Below are positions 27,601-36,080 of a stretch of DNA of 64,000 nucleotides, one piece after another. The number at the start of each line of letters is the position of its first letter. Position 1 is the stretch's first letter. The position numbers and the translations under genes were made by a program. The DNA comes from Vicugna vicugna (taxonomy: Eukaryota): assembly GCA_013265495.1 (NCBI GenBank), contig MU058815.1:628523-692522 (forward strand), read 5' to 3'. Under the pieces are notes generated by a model. The model was given only the letters and a program-made list of their open reading frames with translations. It was not told where the DNA came from and did not search any database.

Positions 27601-27636
27601 TGGGGGAACAATAAAAGTTGTGGTTGGAAGGAGCCA

Positions 27637-30600
27637 TTAGCACACAGAGGATGTGCTAACATGATAAGGAACAGATTTTCTTTGAATGTACTTAATATTT
27701 TCTTGGGCAAAATCTATCCTACGAGGAAAGAAACGAGGATCATGTTTTGATAGACAAGAAGGAGCACATTTCTGAGGACAGCATTTTGGGTTGAGGGGCA
27801 GGTGGCCTGAGGCACCTGCCACCCTTGGTCCATGCTGGCAAGGTCTGCCTGGCTCCCTGATTGGGAAGGCACACTTGCCACCCCAGTCTCTGGTCTGCCT
27901 GGTCTTGTCGAGATAGCTGTGGTCCTTGTGGCTGGCTTGGTGACTGTAGTCCATATCTCTCCTTACTCTTCTCTGTTCTGAGGAGCAGAGAACCCCATCG
28001 TAGTGGGAATGTCCACGTCCTTGGACCTGGACTGGTTCTTTGTGCTGACTTACCTCCAAGGCATGGAGTCCCAACTTGTCCACCAGGATCTGTCCAACAG
28101 CCGTGGCGACTGTCCGAGCATCAACAGTCGCGCTGTTCGTAACAAATCTGCCTTTGTTGGGCTCCTGGCGCTGAGCAGTGTTAGATGCAGGCTTGCTTTT
28201 TTGAAGGAAAACTTCCGTTTCTTTGCGTTTTTTCTTGGGAGTAAGGCACTGATGAAAGTGCCTCATCCTTTTACTGAAGTGGCCTTCTGGTGAGATGTGC
28301 CCCTGCCCTGGCTGGAGGTGTTTCCTGCCGAGGGACTCTCCAGCTCCCCTGGCCGGGGGAGGAAGGCTCCGCTCACTGGCTTGGGGGGCTCTCAGGCCTG
28401 AAGACCTTTCTTCGTGCTCTCCCGGTTTGCTTCCCCAGTCCTGCTCCTCAGCCGGGGCAGGCACCTCACTCTGGGCCTCTGCTTCTTCATCCTCTTCTGG
28501 TTGGAGCCTCTTAAAGGCCCTCCAGTCCTCATCTTCCCCTGGTCTGAGCCGTGCACAGACCGCTCCCTCATCAGACGAGGCCATCTGGCCCCTACACGGG
28601 TCCTTAACTTTTGGTTTCCCGGGTCCCTGTGGTCCTTGGATGCTCTTCGGTTCTTCATACTCTCCGGGTTGGAGTCTCCTAATGGCCCTCCGCTCGTTAG
28701 TTGGAGCAGGCACCTCACTTTGGCTCTTATATGGGTCCCTAAGTTTGGGTTTTCTGGATTGTTGCTGTCCCTGCCTACCCTGTCCACTTGTTTTGAGGCC
28801 ATATAGCGCCTGGAAAGCTGGTGCCCCCCCACTAGCATGTGCCCCTAGGGGACTGGACGGGAACCTACAAGAAGCCAAGATGTCTGCCACAAGGAGCACA
28901 TCAGTGTGAGGGCCCTGAAGGAGCACTTGAGAGGCAGAGTCTTGGAGGAGCGTGCCCGTGGCATGGTCCTGAAGGAGGTTATCAGTGTGAGAATCTGGAC
29001 GGAGATCACCAGTGGCATGGCCTTGAGGCTGATTCTTTGATTCCACTTTGCTTCCGAGCTCAAACTCACTAGCCTGTGTTTTAAGGCGTGGCTTCTTTGG
29101 ATCTTGGCCAGCTGACTTTGTTGGTGGTGACAAGCTTTTACAAGTAGCTGGAAACCCTGATCTCTTCCGATCCACGTCAGAGGCTTGGGATTTGGCCAGC
29201 ATACTGGGTCCCGATGTGACTTCCCAAGCAGGATCCTCCTCCACCTGCGTTGCCTCCAAGGCCTGTCTGGCCCTTGAAGATTGGGACTGTAAGTCCCTCT
29301 CCAGGATGGAGGCACTCTGGCAGGGATCTCGTGTGGCCCAACCCCAGCTCTCTCCCCTTGGCTTATTCCTGGTCACTGTTGAGCTTGAACTGGCCTCTGT
29401 GTTGCTTTCCTTGGCCGCCAGGGCAGTCCCCCTCTGCCAGGTTCTGCCCATGAGGCTGCGTGTGAGTGTCTGAGACGGTGGCCCGCCCTCCTGACGAGGG
29501 GCCTCGGAGGGCGCCTGGCTGTCCCTAGGTGGGATCTTCCCCAGGGGCCTCTCAGTCTCCCTGCACACAGGGGAGGGGGCAGGGAGGGGACTCATCAGGG
29601 TGAGACGTGACTCTCCTGTTGTCACTTTCTCTCCCAGATGGGGCTGAGGTTTTCCCAGAAGTGTGGTGAAGCTGTCTTTCGGGTGTGCCCCAGACTGCCA
29701 GGTGGCTGAGGGGGCGAAGGTGGACCTTGGGAGGGACAAGGGTTGAGCCTCATATAGCTTAAGGTTAATGGGCTCGAAGTCCTGGGGAGGCAGGCCCCAC
29801 CTGTGCCTTACTCGGTATCTGATATGTGCTCCCAGCATCTGTTGAATGCTTGGACTGAGGAAGGAAAGCTGATGGAAGGTGTTTACGCAGGGTTCCCAGT
29901 GCTTCAAGAATGCACGGTTTCTCCTTTCCTGGTGAATGTGGGACTCAGAAGAACCATGGCTGGCCACAAGCCAGGACTGGTGCATGCTCACAGGAATCAA
30001 ACCCTGGTTAATCTGCCCCAACTTCCTGCCCAAATGGGCTCTCAAGACTTTTTCTAGGTGTTTTTTATCTGGGCCCCTGGATAAGTAACTTCCTATGTTA
30101 CTCTTCAAAGGCCTCATCAAGCATCTTTCTGACTCCTTTGCAGAGCTAATTTCTAGAAACTGCACAGGGAACCTGGCCCTGGAGCGATCTTTCGAGATCC
30201 TCCTCAGACACGGCTTTAGACCCTTGCTGAAGTCCTTTCCTGGTTGGAACTCTGTCTGAGTCTGCCTGTGGGATCCTCTGTGGCACCTGGACCCTGTCTT
30301 GTGTGGTTTCAGGCTTTTGCCTACAAATGTAGGGGGCGGCCAGGGTTCCTGCTTGCCCTGTGTCTGGTAAGTCCCTGAGGACTGGCCCTGAGGTGAACTC
30401 AGTTCCAGAGTCAGTTGGATCCTGCAGGGCAGGCGACTCCGGAGTTGACCTTTGTTGAGCCTCTTTGGAAGATGTTGATACTGGAGATTAGGGCTGATTG
30501 AGCCCCCGTGAAGAAAGGAAACTGACCTCTGGGCCGGGGAGGCCCCTCTCGCCTGGGGAAGGTTGGGAATGAAGACTCCCTGAGGTCTTCTGACGCCTGA

Positions 30601-31575
30601 GGGTGGAGGCCTCCCGCTTTGCTGCTGCTGCTGCTGCAGCGGCTGGCATTCCCGATGCTGAGTTTCAGGTGGGATAAAAGATTGTGCCTGTTTCTGGAAT
30701 GTAGGGCAAGATGGCCCGTAGGTCCTCATCTGGGGTGAAGAGGAAGGTTCGAATAGGAGAGAAATTGGGAGGTAGGACTGGGCCTGGATCTCAGCCCGAG
30801 GAGCCAGGGGTGGGGGCTGGGACTGAGGCAAGTTTTGAGTGAAAAGCTGGGATTGGGTCCCCAGGCCGGGCAGGAGTGGGGCCTGAGAAAGACTTAAAGG
30901 TATACTGGGTTGAATGGAAACGGGAAAGCCATTAGAGGCTCCGTTGAATAAAACAGAGGGTGCCTTCAGTTGAGAAGAACTGGAAACGAGGGCTGAAGCC
31001 ACCAGGGACTCACTGTGCAAAGAGGGGAGGCCCCAGAAGAGCTGGCTGTATTTCTGCTCTAAGTGGTCCCTCAGGACCTCCGGGCGGGAGAGTTGCCGAG
31101 GACCCGACAGCTGCTCTGGCTTGTCTTTCATGTTCCAGAAAGACCGAGGGGCCGCGGGGTTCTGCTCCTCGCCCCCTGACCACCACGTACGCCCTCGAGG
31201 GCTCAGATGGTAGTCAGAGCTCACTTGTTCTGCTGATGACCCACCCTTTTCTTTCTCCTTCCAGGCCTTAAGTTTTACTCTCTTGGCGGTTAGCATCTCC
31301 AGTAGCTTCTGGATGTCCGGGTTGACAAATGAGGGGCTACCAATCTCTACCTGCTTATTTGTGGGGCCTCCCCAGAAGTGGGCCTTTGCTGGGTGCTCTT
31401 GCTGGAACTTTGATGAGGTGGGAAAGAACAAGGCCTTGGTGGTCTCCCACCAGCTGGAGAGGAACGAAATGGGACAGCTTATGCGCCCAAGACTCAAGAT
31501 GGCTGGGATGGTAGACGACAAAAAGGAGTTACGGGGGCTCTTTGGGATGGTACCCAGTGGGGTTGTCTCCAGATT
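27637..31575 (-). CDS. SPATA31E1: SPATA31E1-like exon 4, main 3' ORF (FAM75 domain and low-complexity C-terminus, ~1310 codons)
   Basis: Uninterrupted ORF (track 27637..31521, 1294 aa, TTG start; the frame is open further upstream as NLETTPLGTIPKSPRNSF). Contains FWNMKDKPEQL, YSQLFWGLPSLHSESLVA, LRAHLGRKLGQINQGLIPVSMHQSWL and RHRWGLP. First in-frame ATG at 31296. Confidence 0.93.
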   Translation of the reverse strand, partial: NLETTPLGTIPKSPRNSFLSSTIPAILSLGRISCPISFLSSWWETTKALFFPTSSKFQQEHPAKAHFWGGPTNKQVEIGSPSFVNPDIQKLLEMLTAKRVKLKAWKEKEKGGSSAEQVSSDYHLSPRGRTWWSGGEEQNPAAPRSFWNMKDKPEQLSGPRQLSRPEVLRDHLEQKYSQLFWGLPSLHSESLVASALVSSSSQLKAPSVLFNGASNGFPVSIQPSIPLSLSQAPLLPGLGTQSQLFTQNLPQSQPPPLAPRAEIQAQSYLPISLLFEPSSSPQMRTYGPSCPTFQKQAQSFIPPETQHRECQPLQQQQQQSGRPPPSGVRRPQGVFIPNLPQARGASPAQRSVSFLHGGSISPNLQYQHLPKRLNKGQLRSRLPCRIQLTLELSSPQGQSSGTYQTQGKQEPWPPPTFVGKSLKPHKTGSRCHRGSHRQTQTEFQPGKDFSKGLKPCLRRISKDRSRARFPVQFLEISSAKESERCLMRPLKSNIGSYLSRGPDKKHLEKVLRAHLGRKLGQINQGLIPVSMHQSWLVASHGSSESHIHQERRNRAFLKHWEPCVNTFHQLSFLSPSIQQMLGAHIRYRVRHRWGLPPQDFEPINLKLYEAQPLSLPRSTFAPSATWQSGAHPKDSFTTLLGKPQPHLGEKVTTGESRLTLMSPLPAPSPVCRETERPLGKIPPRDSQAPSEAPRQEGGPPSQTLTRSLMGRTWQRGTALAAKESNTEASSSSTVTRNKPRGESWGWATRDPCQSASILERDLQSQSSRARQALEATQVEEDPAWEVTSGPSMLAKSQASDVDRKRSGFPATCKSLSPPTKSAGQDPKKPRLKTQASEFELGSKVESKNQPQGHATGDLRPDSHTDNLLQDHATGTLLQDSASQVLLQGPHTDVLLVADILASCRFPSSPLGAHASGGAPAFQALYGLKTSGQGRQGQQQSRKPKLRDPYKSQSEVPAPTNERRAIRRLQPGEYEEPKSIQGPQGPGKPKVKDPCRGQMASSDEGAVCARLRPGEDEDWRAFKRLQPEEDEEAEAQSEVPAPAEEQDWGSKPGEHEERSSGLRAPQASERSLPPPARGAGESLGRKHLQPGQGHISPEGHFSKRMRHFHQCLTPKKKRKETEVFLQKSKPASNTAQRQEPNKGRFVTNSATVDARTVATAVGQILVDKLGLHALEVSQHKEPVQVQGRGHSHYDGVLCSSEQRRVRRDMDYSHQASHKDHSYLDKTRQTRDWGGKCAFPIREPGRPCQHGPRVAGASGHLPLNPKCCPQKCAPSCLSKHDPRFFPRRIDFAQENIKYIQRKSVPYHVSTSSVC

Positions 31576-31787
31576 GAGGGTCTGCTGACAGGGTGGAGAC
31601 CAGAGGTGGAGGCCCCCGGGTCAGAGGAGCAGGGGAAGCCAATAGGCTCATGGCAGGAGCAGCCTCTTTTGCAGACTCCCTGCACGGCTGCTGGGCTCCA
31701 GCAGGCTCTGCTTTGCACACCTTGTCAGGGGGCTCTTGGCGGGATTGCTGTTGAAAGCCGCCCTTGTCAGGGGACCTCCCCAGGTGG
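31529..31787 (-). CDS. SPATA31E1: SPATA31E1-like exon 4, 5' part (frame entered from exon 3; ends in premature TAA)
   Basis: Acceptor cctcctgtctcccgcag| at 31788. Encodes HLGRSPDKGGFQQQSRQEPPDKVCKAEPAGAQQPCRES...LVSTLSADPQ, then the out-of-family tail SGDNPTGYHPKEPP*. Confidence 0.85.
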
Positions 31788-32060
31788 CTGCGGGAGACAG
31801 GAGGCACAAGCTGCAGCCAGGAGCTGGCAGGCCCAGGACAGCTGGGCAGGCCAGGTGGGGGTGGGCATCTGCGGCCCTTGGCCCTCCATGGCCCCCACAC
31901 TGACTTCACAATGCTCCTGCTGTCCCCCCTCCCCCAGGGCTTTAGCCATCCCGTATCCCCAGGGCTCCCCCTCCCAGGTCAGCCCCAAGCTGCCTGCAGC
32001 CCTGGGGTCACCCCACAGGCTCCGGGAGGAAGGAGAACCCGGGAGAGGAGGGGAAATTAC

Positions 32061-32121
32061 CTTTGCAGAAGTAAAACCAGGTCCCGAACCTCTTCCAGCT
32101 CCTCCTGACAGTCTCTGCAAG
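32061..32121 (-). CDS. SPATA31E1: SPATA31E1-like coding exon 3 (61 nt)
   Basis: Acceptor cctgatttccag|, encodes ACRDCQEELEEVRDLVLLLQ(S), donor AAG|GTAATT; phase 1 to 2. Confidence 0.9.
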
Positions 32122-32695
32122 CTGGAAATCAGGAGGCTGGGTCACGGGGTGAAGGTGGGAGCCTAGGGGCCTCGCAGGAGGCCGAGTGCCATGTCCCTCT
32201 CTAGGGGACATCACTGGGAGGCTGCAGCCCACGCACCAGCGCCCAAGGCTGCCTGGTCCCTGACAGAGATGGAGAAAGCTCACGAATGGGTTTATCATTT
32301 TCAAAGCGCCTCCACATCCATCCCCCCCTCCCCGCGGCCCTGACAACCCCCTGTGGGGCTACAGGGCAGGGGTCACCTCACGGAGGAATCCGAGCAAAGT
32401 TAAGCAGCACAGTTACACCTGGAGGTCCCACCTCCCCGCCCGGGCCCCGCTGGTCCCCTGTGGCCCGCACGCCCGCGGCCCACACCCCTTCCCAGGCCCC
32501 TCACAGCTTCGTTCCGAGCGCGGCATCTGGAAAGTATGTGGGTTCTGCTCTCCTTCCAGGAGCCGCCCTGAGGGTTCGGCTTCTGAGGGACAGACTCTGC
32601 CACCGGCGTCCTCGTCCTCGGAGACCGCGGAGCTGGGTCCTCAGGGCCCGGGGTGGGGGCTGGCTCTCGGGCACACGGGGCTGAACAGAGCTTAC

Positions 32696-32747
32696 CTTTC
32701 AGAGCTCTGTTTTTCTTCCAAGTCCTGCCCCTGCCCTTCGGCGGATG
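32696..32747 (-). CDS. SPATA31E1: SPATA31E1-like coding exon 2 (52 nt)
   Basis: Acceptor ccttgtctctcag|, encodes HPPKGRGRTWKKNRALK, donor AAG|GTAAGC; basic micro-exon typical of SPATA31; phase 0 to 1. Confidence 0.9.
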
Positions 32748-33501
32748 CTGAGAGACAAGGGGGAGCAAGGGGCTGGGACCCGGCTCTCACTCCGCCCTCC
32801 CCCGACAGGCGTCAGACCCGCGTCCACGCACAGCACAGCTTTCTGCATCTAACGGGGCTCTGTGGGTTTTCTCCCCTTCCACTGTCTTTTAAAGTGGATG
32901 AAAGTATTTTCTGTTTTCCTTCACTGGAGAACGTGAAGACGGATTTTCTACGCGAGGCCCACCCTGGATGTCTTCCGTCACTGCTCCTCTGCTCAGGAAA
33001 CACGCACTCAGACCTGCAGGCGCATCTGGGCTCCGTCAGGTGGGCCCTGCTTCCCGAGGCCAGGGCCCCCCTGCAGCCCCAGTCGGAGGCTCTGGGGGCC
33101 TCAGCACTGCCCTCAGATCAGCCCTGACCGGGGAAAGTCTCGTCCCAGACACCTGTTCACGGCCGGTGAGCCGGGGCTCAGGGGCCTGACCTCTGGCTGA
33201 GTCTGAACTCCCAGCATCCAGCCCTCGGCCCCTGGTCACTGCGTCTGGGACTTGCCCTGGAGCCCTCTACCCTCCCTGGACGACTGGCCTGAGCTCTCTG
33301 GCTGGAAATCCCGGTGCCCAGTCCAGCCCCTGCCCAGCCCGGCTGGTCCCTGAGGGCCGCTGTCCTGTTGTTCCCCGAGAATAGGTGTCCTAGTCTTTCC
33401 CACCTCAGGGGGCGCTCTCCTCGACTCAGAAAGGTGGAAATAATGACAGGATAAAGGAGAGAGAATCAGGTGCTTTTGGGTCCGAGCCAGGCGTTCCTTA
33501 C

Positions 33502-33687
33502 CTTCCTGAAGTTTCCATGCTTCCTAGGAGGTGGTGCGGGTGGACCACCCTGGAAGTAGGAGATAATTAGGAAGAAGAGCCCCAGTCCGCACAGGGCGCC
33601 CAAGATGATGTCGGCCATCCAGTGAGTGCAGCTGGAGCTCATCCAAGGGGCCTGAACGCCTTCTGGAGGGAAGAGCGAATTCTGCAT
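33502..33687 (-). CDS. SPATA31E1: SPATA31E1-like coding exon 1 (62 codons, includes the hydrophobic TM segment)
   Basis: ATG at 33687-33685 (GAGATGC context). Encodes MQNSLFPPEGVQAPWMSSSCTHWMADIILGALCGLGLFFLIISYFQGGPPAPPPRKHGNFRK. Donor AAG|GTAAGG at 33501, phase 0. Confidence 0.92.
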
Positions 33688-33900
33688 CTCTTTCCTCTGA
33701 AAAGCCTAAGCACTACAACGCACTGTTACCCTCAGGCAGGTGAGCACTGAGAGTGACTGGGGAGCTGGAGCCCCACGCTTCACATCACAGAGCCGTGGCC
33801 ACGTCACAAAGGGCTCGGGGGGGGGAGGGGACAGAAGAGGGGGAGGCTGGGCCACAGTCTCCCCGCCTCCCTGCCCCCAGCTCTGTGCCTCCACCCTCAT
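33688..33900 (-). promoter_or_regulatory. Putative SPATA31E1-like proximal promoter/5'UTR with CRE half-site
   Basis: Immediately upstream of the ATG. TGACGTGG at 33806-33799 and a related TGATGTG about 19 nt closer to the ATG; C-rich tract; no obvious TATA box. Confidence 0.45.
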
Positions 33901-34099
33901 GGACCTCTAGGCCTGAGTCAGTTTTCTGTGCTTTCTGCTGGAAGCCAGCTATTACCTGGTTCCTCGGATCTCTGGGAGGTCTTGGCCTGAGCCCACCAAT
34001 GTCACAGCCTTTGAAGTCAAATTCTTCCAGGGTTTGGCTGTTTCCCAGGGGCTTACACTCTCCTACTCTCCCCTGTCCACGATTCCACTGTTTTTCCAC

Positions 34100-34420
34100 C
34101 TCACATGTATACTTACGGTGCACTTCCTAAGCAAATTTCAGCTAGACAGCCCAGTGTTAGCAACTCTAGTCATGTTGTACGTCAGATCCCGAGTCCTTCT
34201 TCTCGTAGCGGCTGGTGCCCTGGTACCAGCCTCTCCTGTTTCCCCCAGCCCCGTTCCTGGCAGCCACTTCTCTGTTTCTGTGGGGTTGACTTCCTGGGGA
34301 GTCGGCTCCACATACGGCTGGTAACAGGCAGTGTTTGTCTTTCTCTGTCTGTCTGATTTCACGTAGCACGCTGTCCTCTAGATTCATCCATGTTGTTGCA
34401 AATCTCAGCTCCGTTTTTCC
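34100..34420 (-). mobile_element. L1M 3' end fragment
   Basis: cttcctaagcaaatttca, tagtcatgttgtacgtcagatcc, gattcatccatgttgttgcaaat. Confidence 0.75.
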
Positions 34421-34716
34421 CACATAATGAGTGTTTTGCTTTCATCAGCCCAGATGAAACTTATACTTAATTAGTTTTGAATCCTGAATTTGTTATTGTT
34501 TCTGTCAACTTTTGTCATTTTCACTCAGAATAATTGACACAAAGATTCAAAGCAATGATTTATTATTTGAAATTGACAAAACTGAGTATAATAAAAAGAT
34601 AAATAATTAAACCTCCAAATGACATGTTTTATGTCAGTAGCATTCTACTTCTGAACTTAGAAAAGCTTAGAACACAGACTGACGGGATGTGATGTATATA
34701 CGTGCGTGTGCGTGCA

Positions 34717-34760
34717 TACACACACACACACACACACACATGCCCACACATACACACGCA
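34717..34760. repeat. (CA)n microsatellite
   Basis: Directly visible. Confidence 0.9.
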
Positions 34761-35589
34761 TTTTGGCAGATCCGTGCAGTATTTTTCAAATCCCAAAATT
34801 AAGTATGTGATTATCTTTAAATCTTTTGTGTATTGTCTTGACCAGATCGCTTCTTATTGTGCCCAAAATAGACAGTCTCTGTTCTGCAGAGTTTAGAAGA
34901 GACGTGTGACACACCTGGAAGCCAGGAACGGGTTAGATGAACTCAGGTTCCCACCTTTAGAGTGGACATTGGGACCGGAGGACCAAAGCCTGGGTTTGGG
35001 TCATCTTAAATAGCCTTTTGTGATATCCTTCGTGTGTTCCGCACATGTCGTCTTTGCTGGAGCACCCCGTGCCTCCCCCTGCCTGCTCCTTCCCGGTTCC
35101 CGGGGCCCCGAGTCCTGCCTGTTCCTTGCTGAGAGGGCACTTGGAGTCTCAGAGGAACTTCCCGTGTGACGTCATTGCACATCCCTTTTGGCAGGGGAAT
35201 ATGTGGGTATCACTTAGGGCTTGTGCTTTTTAATCACTTCCTGGTTAATTTTTCTTAAAATGTGAAATAGTTACTTGGCTATACCGCCATGAATGCACAC
35301 GTCCAAGAACGTATCTTTGGCATCTACTGTGCTTTTATCATGGTCTCTTCACCCTTTATGATACTGTCACTGGGACATGACGGTCCCCAGTGTGGACAAC
35401 TAGGAACCCGAGGAGCATGGAGGGTCTCAGTTTGGACTAGAATCGGCAGGGATCCTGGGCACCATGATTTCTGCGTCATCTGCAGGGGCCCTTGTGACTG
35501 AGATGTGGATCTCATCTTGACCTAGAGAATCAGGCTGGGGCATGCAAGGAACCACCTTCCAATGTTTTCTTTGAGATGATGGAAGAGAT

Positions 35590-36080
35590 GCCCATTGGTC
35601 TCTGCCACTGGTGCCTGGCACAGAGCTCTGGAAACCCTTGTAATTTCCTGGGTGATTAGGAGTGTCATTTGTTCCCAGGAGGCGACTCTCAGTGGGCTCC
35701 TGGGTGGCTCCTGGGTGAGGGCTGATCACCAGAAAGACCAAGTCAGGAAGGAGGCTGGAAATTTTTAGCCCTACTCCACCATTCTCTTGAGAGGGATGAA
35801 GGGCTGAACGTGGAGTTGATGATTGATCATGCCTACATGAAGAAGTCTCCATAAAAATCCCCCAAATACAGGATTTGGAGAGCTTCCAGCGTCCATGTCC
35901 TGGAAGGGTGATGCATCCCAGCTCCATGGGGACAGAAGCACCTGACCCTTGAGACCCTCTCAGACCTCACCTTGTGTATCTCTCCATCATATCCTTCCAT
36001 AAACTGGTAAAATACACATATTTCCCTGAAATCTGCGAGCCACTTGAGCAAATTAATGGAACCCGAGGAGGGGCCTTGGG
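35590..36080 (+). mobile_element. MER21-like ERV LTR
   Basis: ctggcacagagctc..aaacccttg, gatcatgcctac, ctccatggggacagaagc, gagcaaattaatggaacccgaggaggg. Confidence 0.7.

Larger units (their letters stand above)
27637..33687 (-). pseudogene. SPATA31E1: SPATA31E1-like (FAM75 family) gene, 4 coding exons, carrying one frameshift in exon 4 as assembled (young pseudogene, null allele or assembly indel)
   Basis: Exons 33687-33502, 32747-32696, 32121-32061 and 31787-27637 are joined by GT-AG introns of phase 0/1/2. The protein has the SPATA31 N-terminal TM segment, the ALKACR..ELEE.RDL..LLQSHL motif and the family hallmark YSQLFWGLPSLHSESLVA. Spliced length is 4450 nt (3n+1). Family assignment is strong; the E1 subfamily and pseudogene status are less certain. 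Confidence 0.7.

Noticed and set aside
27610..27615. AATAAA next to the SPATA31 stop codon
   Set aside because: It is on the plus strand, the wrong orientation for this gene.
28295..29473. Plus-strand ORFs antisense to SPATA31 exon 4
   Set aside because: Shadow ORFs of the real coding strand.
27637..31521. Treating the 1294-aa ORF as a stand-alone single-exon gene
   Set aside because: It starts at TTG, and the true start and three upstream exons are identifiable. Internal initiation at ATG 31296 cannot be excluded but has no support.
31585..31600. 16-nt GT...AG micro-intron that would also fix the frame
   Set aside because: Far below the minimum mammalian spliceosomal intron size.
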